From Octopus sinensis (lineage: Eukaryota): a stretch of 64,000 nucleotides of DNA. The stretch is taken from positions 7,502,001 to 7,566,000 of the forward strand of contig NC_043017.1 in the NCBI RefSeq assembly GCF_006345805.1. Direction: 5' to 3'. The notes below the pieces were generated by a model, which saw only the letters and a program-made list of their open reading frames with translations, ran no database searches and was not told the DNA's origin. The translations under genes and the position numbers were made by a program. Shown here one piece after another: positions 1 through 13,013 of this stretch (position 1 is the first letter of the stretch; each line of letters opens with the position of its first letter).

Positions 1-1379
1 TTTTATTTCTAATTTCTTTCTATTTTTACTTTATTTTTCTTCACATACTTTTTTCTGTAATAATTTCACAATCCCCACCACCACCACCACCACTACCACC
101 TCATACATGCCGACTGACCCCTTGGTACTCTTCCTTCCTGCTCGTAATAATGCCTTCCCCTGGTTGACGTCCTTTAGGACAAACTATTAAAAGCATTCTC
201 GCTTACGTAAATAGATTTTCACCAACTGATTAGAAACAATCCATTTATTTATTTATATATTTATTCATTGCAATGGTGATGGTGGTGGTGGTGGTGGTGG
301 TGGTGAAGGTGGTGGTGGTGGTGGTGGTGGTGAAAGAAGACAAAGGGAGATAAGTTGAACTGATTGTTCTAAAATCTTTTTGATGGTCTTCCATGACTGA
401 CTCTGCAGCATGGATAGGTACTGAAACAAAAAGTGAGCAGAACCAGCTTTGCTATTGAAGTTTGATGTTTATAGCTATAGAGTCCCCCACAAAAAAACCT
501 TGTGAGGAAAGTTGGTACAGAGAAGCTGATCTTGTGTGTGTGTGTGTGTCATCATCATCATTTAACATTGGTTTTCTATGCTGGCATGAGTGGGATGGTT
601 TGGCACAAGGTGGTCAGCCGGAGAGCTGCACCAGGCTCCAGTCATCTATTTTGGCATGGTTTCAGTGGACGGATGCCCTTCCTAATGCCAACCATTTTAC
701 AGAGTGGACTGAGTGGCTTTCAATGTGGCTCTGACGCTAATGCTTTTTGCATGGCACCAGCAAGGGCACCTTTCATGTGGCACCAGCATGGGTGCATTTT
801 GTGTGACACCAACATGAGTGCATTTTGCTTGGCACCAGCATATGACACCAGCACAAGGGCATTTTACATGGCTCCAGCACAGGTGCTTTTTACATGGCAC
901 CAGCACAAGTGTCACACTGAATTTCCCTGAGGACTATATTTAGAGTACACATTCTGTGGAGTCCTCAGCTACTTGCATGTTAATTTCATGAGCAGATTGT
1001 TCCATTGATCGGATCAACTGGAACCCTCATCATCGTAACCGATGGAGTGCCAGTGTACATAAGACTTGTAAAATATAACTAAATTTGAGATGTATAAATT
1101 TACGTTGATTTTTCACAGTATGACTTTAATACACATTGTATGCCTATAAGGGCATCCAGCTGTAAAAACCTTGCCAAAACTGACTTCACCTGTACTTGTG
1201 CCACATAAAAAGCACTAAGTCCACTCTGCTGGGTGGTTGGTGTAAAGAAGGGCATCCAGCCATAAAAATCCTGCCAAAACAGACACACAAGTTTGGCACA
1301 GGTTCCTGCCTGGCCGGCTCCTGTCAAACCATCCAACCCATGGAAGGCAGATGTTAAACAAGGACGATGATGATGACCT

Positions 1380-2345
1380 GACATAATTTATGACCTGTAT
1401 TATATGACTGGTAAGCTATGACTTAATTTGACATACATAACATACTGATATGATTTTCGTTGTATAATTTTTATGTGACTTAAATATGAATTGTATATGA
1501 CAAATAAGATTTATGCATGGTGCAGCATATTACCTGTATGATGCAACTCTCATACAATGACTTAAATATGAAACAACTATATGGTATGGTTTTTTATGAT
1601 ATGACATAAATATGACCTGTATGATATAATGCATAAAAGTTGTTGGATATGGCTTAATTTGATAGTTGGAACTGTATATAACCTGTATAACTGTGTGATA
1701 GGACTTAGGAATTGTTTATCATTTGAATGATATGACGTCATAAAAATCGTATGTGGTGTGACATAATTTGTATGATACAATTCTCAAGGTATGACTTTAA
1801 TATAAATTGTATGGTATGATTTTTTTAGGATACAAGGTAATTATGACTTACATAAGACTTGTAAAATATGACCTAATATTATGTAGTATGATTTGTATTA
1901 TGTGACATATAAAAATCTATAATTTCATGGCATGACTCAAATATGCATTAATTATAATGCATGGTTTTTAGGGTATGATATATAATTATAACCAATATGA
2001 TGTAACTAGCAGAAGACTTGTAAGGTATACCTAATATGACATACATAACTTTATGATATAACTTTAATATGAACTGTATGGTATGATTTTTCTATGAGGT
2101 AGTTATGACCTGTGTGATATGACTTTTATAAGACTTGTAAGATATGACTTAATATGACATAATTGTCTTGAATATGAAATGAATGGCATGCTTCTTATGA
2201 TATGACATAACCATGACTACTATGATATGACTTGGATAAGACTTGTAAGATATAACATAACATATAAAGGTGTATGCCATGATTTATATATAACATTTAT
2301 GATATGATATTTATGGGATGACTTATTTATGATATGAATAGTACA
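1380..2345. repeat. Diverged AT-rich ATATG/ATGAC-based satellite
   Basis: Dense tatga(c/t) motifs. aagacttgtaa recurs at 1061, 1854, 2013, 2130 and 2238. Confidence 0.7.
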
Positions 2346-2665
2346 GTGGTATGAAATATGATTTCTATCTATTTGACACACTACCAAATAAACTGAATTT
2401 TAAAGAACTTCCTCTAAAAAATCTATGATTAAAATTTAAACGGATGACCTATAAACTGATTCCATCACCTTATCCAAACTCTCGATTCACATCCTTCGTT
2501 TAAAAATGTCAATACAATATTATGTCAACTGTTTCCGGAAAGTTGTTCAGCTGTAATTTTTGATAAAATAAATTCTAAGCTTATAACAACTTTTACTGTC
2601 CATTGAAGAATATTCTTGTTAAAAAAAAAAAAGAAAAGTTTTTCCTCTTTCATATTTAAAATATA

Positions 2666-2996
2666 GGTGTAGGCATGGCTGTGTGATTAAGAAGCTAGCT
2701 TTGCAACCACACGGTTTCAGGTTCAGTCCCATTGTGTGGCATCTTGTGCAAGTGTCGTTTACTATAGCCCTGGACCAACCAAAGCCTTGTGCAGGGATTT
2801 GGTAGATGAAAACTGTGTGGAAGCCTATTGTATGTATGTGTATATATATATATTTGTGTATGTACATATGTGTGTGTGTGTGTGTGTGTAAAATATAAAA
2901 AATAAGTATAGGGATCTGGGGTCAATTTATATGACTAAGCCCTTCAAAAGCAGTGCTCCAGCATGGCTGCAGTCCAATAACTGAAACGAATAAAAG
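2666..2996 (+). mobile_element. SINE family A copy (internally deleted)
   Basis: Same head and tail as 40371-40790. Confidence 0.75.
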
Positions 2997-3444
2997 ATTT
3001 TAAAAATTGTTTACTTTTGTCACTTTGGTAAAATTTGAATCAACAACTTTGTGCCGGTCATTCATCTAACTTCCTGCTAAGGAATGGTAAAATTTTTTGT
3101 GGAACTGTAGAAATCAGTGATGGCTTGAATCTACAAGAACCATCTTAGATCACATCCGAGTTTGGTAACTTCACTTGCTCTAAAGAGTGGAAGATTTGAA
3201 GTTTTAGGTCTTGTACTTCATCTGAGAAGTAGTTTGTCACACAGCAATTGTCTTCTTGTTAACAGTTCAGTTTGAGAAATATCTATTCTATTCTAGGCAC
3301 AAGGCCTGAAATTTTGGGGGAGTGGGGGGCAGTCAATTAGATCAATCCCCAGTATGCAACTGGTACTTAATTTATCGACTGTGAAAGGAAGAAAGGCAAA
3401 GTTGACCACGGCGGAATTTGAACTCAGTACATAAACACAGACAA

Positions 3445-3682
3445 AATACCTATTTCTTTACTACCCACAAGGGGCTAAACACAGAGAGGACAAACAAAGA
3501 CAGACAAATGGATTAAGTCGATTATATTGACCCCAGTGCGTAACTGGTACTTACTTAATCGACCCCGAAAGGATGAAAGGCAAAGTCGACCTCGGCGGAA
3601 TTTGACTCAGAACATAAACACAGACGAAATACCGCTAAGCATTTCGCCCGGCGTGCTAACGTTTCTGCCAGCTCGCCGCCTT
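3445..3682 (-). mobile_element. SINE family B copy
   Basis: Nearly identical to 10177-10410. An older fragment lies at 3285-3440. Confidence 0.85.
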
Positions 3683-4918
3683 ACAGTTCTAGAAATATCA
3701 AGAGATCAATGTCAGTTAATCTCGCTCAAAAAATAACCATACTTTGATCCTGTGTGAGGAAGAAGACATTGTGTGTGTGTGTTGTTGTTGTTGTTGCTTT
3801 GTGTGTATGAATGTGTTGCTGGTTTTTGTTTGTGGATGTATTTATGTGTGTATATGTGTTGCCTGATTTGTGTATGTATATTATGTATGTATATGTATGT
3901 TATTGGTTTGTATGTGTGTATATCTATGTGTACGTATACTGTTGGTTAGTGTGTACCTGTGCATATGTATATGTGTGTATGTGTGTGTGTATGCTTTTGG
4001 TTTGTGTGTGTGTGTATGTGCATATGTATATGTGTGTATATATATATGTATGCTGTTGGTGTGTGTGTGTTTTCGGCAGTCCACATGAAATCACACCAAG
4101 TTCAGTTCATTGGATAACAGTGATGGCATTAAGGGAGTGGCAGGAGTGGGGGTGGGCTTCAGAGAGGAGACCTAACTATGGTGGTGTGGGTGGTGGTGAT
4201 GGTGGTGGTGGTGTTCTAGATGAAACCCGACAGGAAGTTCTGTCCTCCTCCTATTACGCACAGTTGCATCATATTAAAATAAAGGTGATAAGGTGGTAGT
4301 GGGGAAGGAGGATGATTTTTTTCATTTTATTTTATTGTATTTTATTTTATTTTATTAAAAGAAAAATTATTTGTTTGGTCACTGATTGGTTGGACAATCG
4401 GCTGGTTGGTTTAGTTGATAGTAGAGGTGGTGGTGGTGGTCGTGGTGGTGAAGTAGGTGGAAACTTTTTTTTTTGTCATTCTCTTTCACGCCTTTTCCTT
4501 TCTTTCCTTCTTTCTTTCTTTCTTTCTTTCCTTCCTTCTTTCTTTCTTTCTTTCTTTCTTTCTTTACACTGCTGCCTTTTTCTCTCTCTTCCTCTTTCTC
4601 TCTCCATTCAGGATAGCTGACTTGTCATTGTGTTCTTCTGTCAAAAGTTACTACTACTACTACAACTAATACTACTACTACTATCACCACCACTACCACC
4701 ACTACCATTCTACCACCACCACCACCACCACTTCTTCTACAGTAAGTACATGAGAGGAGAAGGGTATTAAGTAATGGCAATCGACCTATGAAATGCCGAA
4801 GAAATTTAACACCTAAGTGCTTTATATATTGTCAAAAAAAGTTAGTTTGTTAGTTATAACCCCTATGTTGTTTGTTGCCAGTACGCGATGAAGGCGGGCG
4901 ACACAGCTCAGCACTCAC

Positions 4919-4995
4919 CTATCCTGCGTTTCTGGTCGGGGTTTCAAGTTGTCTGTGCTACTGTTGTTGTTATTGTTGTTGCCCTCACTCAACAT
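4919..4995 (-). CDS. Candidate first coding exon (MLSEGNNNNNNSSTDNLKPRPETQD, phase-2 donor) of an unidentified minus-strand gene
   Basis: ATG at 4995 with an in-frame TAG six codons upstream. 25 open codons run to GATAG|GTGAGTG (donor at 4918) within a CpG-containing unique island. No downstream exons were recognised. Confidence 0.25.
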
Positions 4996-5349
4996 GCAAG
5001 ATAAATTCCTCTACCCTTGAAGCTGGTTTGCATTGCACCTCAATCATGTTTTTGGTATTTTGACTCTTAAGAGACTACGGTGATAAATAGGGAAGTTAAT
5101 CTTGTCGCGTCCACATTACCACCTACAACTGCAGCCTATACCACAGTTTCCTCCTGTATATTTGTGAGCAAGTATCGAATAGTTTCCCAATGTTGCTGAA
5201 GGAATTGGATAACCAGCTAAAACGGCCAGGTTTCGTGCGTGCATAGACATTTGTAAGACAGGTTAGTCCATGTATACTGTAACAGCTTGTTTTTGTTTTT
5301 CTTTCTGGGGTTTATGTGTGTATGTATTTATGTATGTATAGATTGTGTG

Positions 5350-5557
5350 TGTGTTTATAAATGTATACATGTGTGTATAAAAGTAATATATATTGTTTAA
5401 TGATGATGATGATTGATATACATATGTATATATATGGATGTTTATATGTATATTTATATGTTCATGTTTGTATGTATATATATATATAAATATATATAAA
5501 CATGTATTTATGTACATACTCATGTATATAAACATTTATGTATGTACATATATATAT

Positions 5558-5588
<31 letters not shown>

Positions 5589-6173
5589 AACATGTATGTA
5601 TATATATATATATACACACACACACACATATATCTACACCTACCCATAGTAGGATTCATTCAATTTCCATCTACCAAATCCATTCATAATGCTATAGTAG
5701 AAAACATTTTCCCAGAGTGCCACACAATGGAACTGAACCTGAAACCATGCTGCTGGGCAGTGAACTTCTCAAACATACCACATGCCTGCATCTAAATACA
5801 CATACATACTTACATACATACTTACATACATGCATACATACATACATACATACATATATGCATACATATATACATACATACATATATGTTTGTGGAAGGA
5901 TCATTTAAAACATATATCAATATGTGTGTGTATGTATATGTGTGTGTATATGTATGTGTGTGTGTGTGTGTGTTATAAATGTATACATGTGTGTATAAAA
6001 GTAATATATATTGTTTAATGATGATGATGATTGATATACATATGTATATATATGGATGTTTATATGTATATTTATATGTTCATGTTTGTATGTATATATA
6101 TATATAAATATATATAAACATGTATTTATGTACATACTCATGTATATAAACATTTATGTATGTACATATATAT

Positions 6174-6204
<31 letters not shown>

Positions 6205-6214
6205 AACATGTATG

Positions 6215-6250
<36 letters not shown>

Positions 6251-6576
6251 TATATCTACACCTACCCATAGTAGGATTCATTCAATTTCCATCTACCAAA
6301 TCCATTCATAATGCTATAGTAGAAAACATTTTCCCAGAGTGCCACACAATGGAACTGAACCTGAAACCATGCTGCTGGGCAGTGAACTTCTCAAACATAC
6401 CACATGCCTGCATCTAAATACACATACATACTCACATACATACTTACATACATGCATACATACATACATACATACATATATGCATACATATATACATACA
6501 TACATATATGTTTGTGGAAGGATCATTTAAAACATATATCAATATGTGTGTGTATGTATATGTGTGTGTATATGTA

Positions 6577-6590
<14 letters not shown>
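5350..6590. repeat. Tandem duplication, unit ~622 bp
   Basis: Duplicated ORF-track entries are offset by exactly 622 (5538/6160, 5692/6314, 5717/6339), and the unique segments are near-identical. Confidence 0.9.
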
Positions 6591-6635
<45 letters not shown>

Positions 6636-7127
6636 TGCTCCAGCATGGCTGCAGTCAAATGGCTGAAACAAATAAAACTATAAAAGTGTGTGTGTATGTA
6701 TATATATATATATATATGCATGCCCACACTCTACATATACACATATACATGCATCTATCTGGTATAAAGATAGGCTTGTATGTACATCTAGTAAGAGATA
6801 TAGATAGATGTGTATGTAAAAAAAACAATATATGGACAAACAATTATAGATGGCAGTAATTCATTTCACAAGATGAATATAAATCTTTACGGCTGTTTCA
6901 AAGTTTCGGTGACAGGTCGATGCTTTAATGCATATTGTGCAAACAAACATACATAATGAGGCAGTAATTATAATGAACATATGTGTATAACAATAATGTG
7001 TATAATGTGCAAATACACTATTGGTTTGCAAGAAGGATGAGAAGCTTCTCGTCCTTCTTGCAAATTTTTCCCTGTAAGTTTGGAATTATACTCCCTAATA
7101 TTATTAGTATTATAATCTCTCTCTCTT

Positions 7128-7263
<136 letters not shown>

Positions 7264-7272
7264 CATATATAT

Positions 7273-7311
<39 letters not shown>

Positions 7312-7316
7312 TATAT

Positions 7317-7354
<38 letters not shown>

Positions 7355-7452
7355 TTATAATAATAATAATATTAGGGAGTATAACTCCAACCTTACAGGG
7401 AAAAATTCAATTTAGTATTAAATCAAATTTCACAATATAAATATATATATAT

Positions 7453-7714
7453 ATATAAATTAGAGAAAACCCACTATTATGTAATTCAAACAATGATAGA
7501 CGTAAATCATAGCATATAGAAAAAATAAAATATATAAAACATGTACCTAGGTCACAATAAAGTACATAATAATAAACAGTGTATAATTAATAGACTATGT
7601 ACTTTATTGTGACCTAAGTAAATGTTTTATCATATATTTTATTTTTTCTATATGGTATGATTTACGTCTATCATTGTTTGAATTACATAATGGTGGGTTT
7701 TCTCTAATTTATAT
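7453..7714. repeat. Near-perfect palindrome (~115-bp arms, 27-nt loop)
   Basis: 7453-7568 is the reverse complement of 7596-7714, with a few mismatches. Confidence 0.9.
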
Positions 7715-7744
7715 CATTATCATCGTTTAACGTCCGCTTAAACG

Positions 7745-7780
<36 letters not shown>

Positions 7781-8060
7781 GTATTTGTGTGTGTGCATTG
7801 TGTAGATAGGATTAAAATCCGACCTGTGTCCCCTTCGGGCACGTCTGCTTATTTCAATATTCCAATCTTTATGTAGGTGTTATATTTGTGTGGGGTATGC
7901 ATAAGAGTTGAAAATACTAGAAAGTGGAAAATTTGTTGATATTGTTTATTCATCATTACACATGTTTCATTTGCTAATAGGAGTTATAAAATTGTACATG
8001 TTGTAGAAAACATGTAAGTTGTCAACTATTCCTATTAGAAATGTTTCAAAGAAAGAATAA

Positions 8061-8093
<33 letters not shown>

Positions 8094-8196
8094 CATATGC
8101 AAGAAGAAAATGGAGGAAAAATAACAGGAAGAAGTTGGTCATTTGCGCTAGTAAGGCATTAGTTTAATTATTTAATAAAGAAAAATGGTAGTAATA

Positions 8197-8253
8197 GTAT
8201 ATTTACAATCGTTTCTATTCACCAGTTGTAGTGGTAGAATCATCAGAATGCAC
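8197..8253 (-). ncRNA. Degenerate minimal hammerhead motif
   Basis: Minus strand GTGCATT-CTGATGA-[TTCTACCA...TGGTGAATA]-GAAA-C gatt G-T-A-AATATAC. Triplet is GUA and stem I pairs 6/7, but the stem II base is mispaired. Confidence 0.4.
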
Positions 8254-8293
8254 CTTTGGATTTAACCACCTCTAACTTATACCCATATATATA

Positions 8294-8329
<36 letters not shown>

Positions 8330-8333
<4 letters not shown>

Positions 8334-8592
8334 GTGCACACTGTAAAGTGGTTGGCATTTGGAAGGGCATCCAGCTGTAAAAAGCCTTGCCAAAATTGAC
8401 CTCACCTGTGCTTGTGCCATGTAAAAAGCACTCGGTCCACTCTGGTGGGTAGTTGGTGTTAGGAAGGGCATCCAAGTGTAAAAATCCTGCCAAAACAGTC
8501 TCAGAAGTCTGGTGCTGGCTTCTGTTTGGCCAGTTCCTGTCAAACCATTCCACCCATGCCAGCATGGAAGGTGGACGTTAAACGATGATGAT
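8330..8592 (+). mobile_element. SINE or LINE-3'-end family D (tail gtggacgttaaacgatgatg)
   Basis: Recurrent gttaggaagggcatccag...catgccagcatgg...aaacgatgatgatg. Same-strand copies lie at 1145-1380, 12335-12490 and 33130-33335. Confidence 0.75.
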
Positions 8593-9527
8593 ACACATGC
8601 ACACACACACTCACACTTGTGTGTATGTGTGTGTATATATATCATCATGGTTTTACCATCTACTTTCCCATGCTTGCGTAAACCAGACATGAATCTGTTG
8701 AAGCACATCAGTGTGTGTTTGTTGAGCTGGTGTACATTTGTGTGCGTGTGTGTGTGTGTGTGTGTCTGTTGTGTTGCGCATGTGAGCTGAAATAGTTTAT
8801 CTGTGTGTGTATGTGCATGTGTGCATAACATGCATATATATAATGAGTCTATGTGCATTCCTGTGTATAGTGCATGAAGTGTGTGTGTATGTGCCTGTAA
8901 CATGAGCGGAAATAAATCTTTCACCAATTTCATGGTGAAACAGATGTATGACTTTATTTTTTTGCAAAACGGTGCTGGTGGTGATTGTGGCAGTGGTGAT
9001 GGTGTAGGAGGGGGGTGGGGTGACAACAGTGGTGATGGTAACCAAGTGATATTGGTGATGATGACAGTGGTGGCGGTGATGTTATGTAACATCTCATATT
9101 TAGATATGTCCATCAGTCTGTCTGTCATTTTATCTGTAAACATCTGTCGGTCAGTTTGCCTGTCTGTGTGTCCATCCATCCATCCATCCATGAACTCAAA
9201 GGTCATCTGCTGTAGATGTACCTAATCTATAACACACCTCAATCAATCAGATCAATCCAATTGCTCTTAGCCAGCTTGACCAATTCAATTTTCCATGATA
9301 ACCAGTCAAGTGAATAAACCCTTACATTACTATCTCCCTATCCCACGACATCTGTTGTTCGCTCATATATCCATATCCTTTCAATGAATCACAATTTGAT
9401 TAATTAGTTTTGTACTCATTACAGCTGTTGATCTTGGTCACCTTTAATGAATTAATCTCCCTCCTTCCAATTGATTTTTTTGCTACAATGTAAATACAAC
9501 TTTTAAAGTACATGATATTGTTTAGGT

Positions 9528-9781
9528 CAGTGTTACCCAAACGTTTTTGGGTTGCCACCCCCTTGACACCCAGGCCACATTCCTAGTGCCCCCACCCCAG
9601 CTAACCATCACAACCATAAACCTCTTTCTGAAGTAAGTTCAAAGCAACTGTATTTCACATATAAAACTTAACTTAATAAACCCATTATTTTGTTGTTTTT
9701 ACACAAATCGTTACCCCATTATCACCCCACTTTTCTTCAATGCCCCCTTGGAACTTTCCACTGCCCACTTTGGTAACCCTG
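9528..9781. mobile_element. hAT-type MITE
   Basis: TIRs CAGTGTTACCCAAA and TTTGGTAACCCTG. The putative TSD is degenerate (gtttaggt / gtctcagt). Confidence 0.65.
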
Positions 9782-9784
9782 GTC

Positions 9785-10135
9785 TCAGTGGTTAGCAACC
9801 ATATGCTTTCAGGTTTAGTCCCACTGTGCGGCACCTTGGGCTAGTATCGGCTACTATATCCCCAGGCCAACCAAAGCCTTTTGAATGAATTTGATTGATG
9901 GAAACTGTGTGGAAGCCCATCATGTGTGATTGTTTGTGTTTGTCTGCCACTACTTGCTTGACAACTGATGTTGGCTTGTTTGCATCCTCATAACCTAGCA
10001 GTACAGCAAAAGAGACTGATAGAATAAGTACCAAACTTTAAAATAAATACTGGGGTTGATTTGTTTGCTAAAGCCCTTCGAGGTGGTGCTCTAGTATGGC
10101 CAGATTCTGATGACTAAAACAAGTAAAAGAAAAGA
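9785..10135 (+). mobile_element. SINE family A copy
   Basis: Homology to 40371-40790. Confidence 0.75.
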
Positions 10136-10176
10136 TAAAGAATATTGTCGGGTTTGTCCTCTTCAATAGTAATACC

Positions 10177-10410
10177 TATTTCTTTATTACCCACAAGGGG
10201 CTAAACACAGAGGGGACAAACAAGGACAGACACACGGATTAAGTCGATTACATCGACCCCAGTGCGTAACTGGTACTTATTTAATCGACCCCGAAAGGAT
10301 GAAAGGTAAAGTCAACCTCGGCGGAATTTGAACTCAGAATGTAACGGCAGATGAAATACCGCTCAGCATTTCACTCGGCATGCTAACGTTTCTGCCAGCT
10401 CGCCGCCTTA
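10177..10410 (-). mobile_element. SINE family B with 15-bp TSD
   Basis: Head ggcggcgagctggcagaaacgttagc. TSD ttcaatagtaatacc at 10162-10176 and 10411-10425. Confidence 0.9.
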
Positions 10411-10870
10411 TTCAATAGTAATACCATCATAGCGATGACATTGGTTTCAGTCTACATCATCATCATCATCCTTTTAATATCTGTTTTTCATGCTGATATG
10501 ATTTAAACAACTTGGCAAGATCCAGCTCAGTCAAATGGCTGTCTCATACCCCAGTGTCTGCTTTGGCATGGTTTCTATGGGTGGACGCACTTCCTAATAC
10601 CAACCACTTTATAGAGTATAGAGGGTGCTTTTTTTTCTTCTTTTGTTTTTGTGGCACAAGCATTAGTGAGGTCACCTTATAGTTTGCAAGATTAAAATCC
10701 CTTTCAATTAAGTGGGACTATAAGAAGGAGGGAGGCAGCTTTATGCTAAGTGATGATGGGTTAATGTATGAAAGAAGAGTGCCAAACACCATCGCTTCTG
10801 TAGTGGAGATATACATGGTTACTTCATATTATTCCGTAAGGAGCAGAAGGCTTGTCTCTTGGTTTCTCTG

Positions 10871-10912
<42 letters not shown>

Positions 10913-12814
10913 CTTCTTGTCGCAGGATTACTAATTTTTATCAGGTGAATGGACTGAAGGAACATGAAATGAAGTGATTTTTTTTTTTTTTTTTTGCTCA
11001 GGAACACAATGCATCACCTAGTCCAGGAACTGAAACCACAGTCTTACAATCATGAGGGCAACACCCCTAACCACTACACCACATGCTTCCTTTATATAAT
11101 CTATATTATACCAGTGTGGGTAGGACTAATTGGGATGGAGCTGAAAAATGGAGATAAAGATGGAACTTTTTCTCTGTCTGTCTGTCTGTCTGTCTCCCTA
11201 TCTATCTATATTTTTCTCGCTGCCACACGCAGTACTCCATCTATTCTATCTCTCTTTACCTCTCTTTCTCTCTGCTATCCCCCTTCCCCGATCATTCTCC
11301 CCTCCTTTTCTCTATCTCTCTCTCTTCCTCTCATGCCTTCCCTCTTAGTTTATCTCTCTCATCCTCTTAACTTCTCTTCCTCTCCTCCTCACCTCCCTGA
11401 CCTATCTCACCTTTACCCTATGTCTAGTTATTCACAACAGTTTGTTATTGTTGTGGTTGTCCTCGGTATCTATAGACATAGTCGTCAAACTACTGTGACA
11501 TTCACTTCTTTCTGAACCTTTTCTTCCTGATCTTCCTCTTCCCGCTTCTCTTCCTTATCTCCCTCCATCTACCCCTGCCCCCTTCCCCCACCCCCCCTGT
11601 ATGCATTTTATTTCATGAAGATTTACTTCTATTCTCAAGAATCTTCTGTCAACCAACCAATTTACGTAATAAAAGTCACTCAACCGTGACTGTACAAACA
11701 CCATTATACATTCACACCAACGTGACTGCATCTAAATGTGTGCGTGTGTGTGTATTTATATATATTTATTTTACATACACACAAATACACTACTAGATGA
11801 AGTATGCATGTGTGTATATATACACACATATGTGGTATATCTTATCCATTTACTAGCTTTGGTCAATAACCTGTTCCCATGCTGGTGTACCACCTTTTAG
11901 GCATTTTAATTTATCAAATTAAATCCAATTTGGTACTTATTATATCTATCTGTTTGTTGAATTACTAAGTCACAGAACATAAAGAACTACCACACAAATT
12001 TGATGCTTTTATGTGATCACTTAGCCATAGCAGCTATGATAGGTTTATGGAATGTAATATCCTTCATGTTAGTGATGCATCTAAAACTTACCTTAAGGTT
12101 ATTTCTATTGAGGTTTCCTATATTGCTGGCTAGTAGGGAAGTGTTTGTTGATCAAATTTTAATAAGCTGTTAGGCTTAACATTTAGTAAGTAGCAAAGTG
12201 TAAATGACACTTAACACACACACACATGTATACATACATGTGTGTGCATGTATGTGAGTGTGTGTATATTTGTGTCTCCTTGTCTTGCCATCATGTTATA
12301 GCTGTAAAATGATTGTTAGTGTGTCATTCATTTCTGATATTCTGTGAGAACATATCCAGCCATGGGAAAATATTGCCTTGCTTGAAAACGGGTGAGGGTC
12401 AGTCACAGGAAAGGCAACCAGCTGTGGAAAATCTTCCTCACTACACTCCATCCAATCCATGCAAGCTGAGAAGGTAGACATTAAAATGATAATGAGATTA
12501 GATAGATAGACAGACAGACAGATAAAAGAAAGAAAAGCTTGAGTGAGTTTAGGTATGGAGATATATACCTGATCTTATTTTTGAATCCACTCACTTTTCA
12601 AGGCATTATTTTAGTAAGGAGCTGCCTTGTTAAAGATTTCTTCTTTTGAATACAGGTTAAAAAATTTGTGTACATTATTTCATACTGCGTGTGTGTGTGT
12701 GTGCTGTTGTCAAATCAAAGTCCAATTTTCATTTCAAACTTTTATCTTGTATAAATACAGTTCAACACTTGGATAAATTAACTGATCAGTGTGTGTACAC
12801 ACAAACACACACAC

Positions 12815-13013
12815 ACACATTATTGTACAAAGTGGAAAATTCAATGCCTCATGTTATTAAGTTCTATCTTTGAGTAGTGACACTTAGTACTTTACACACA
12901 CACACACACCACACACACACACACAACACACACACACACACATTATTGTACAAAGTGGAAAATTCAATGCCTCATGTTATTAAGTTCTATCTTTGAGTAG
13001 TGACACTTAGTAC

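Noticed and set aside
735-910. CRISPR-like repeat-spacer appearance (also 14745-14880 and 59090-59270)
   Set aside because: Repeats are degenerate, spacers are short and related to one another, the context is eukaryotic and there are no cas genes.
548-1380. Inverted pair of family D copies (548-720 and 1145-1380) as a dsRNA substrate
   Set aside because: The copies are diverged, and such pairs are expected by chance at this SINE density.
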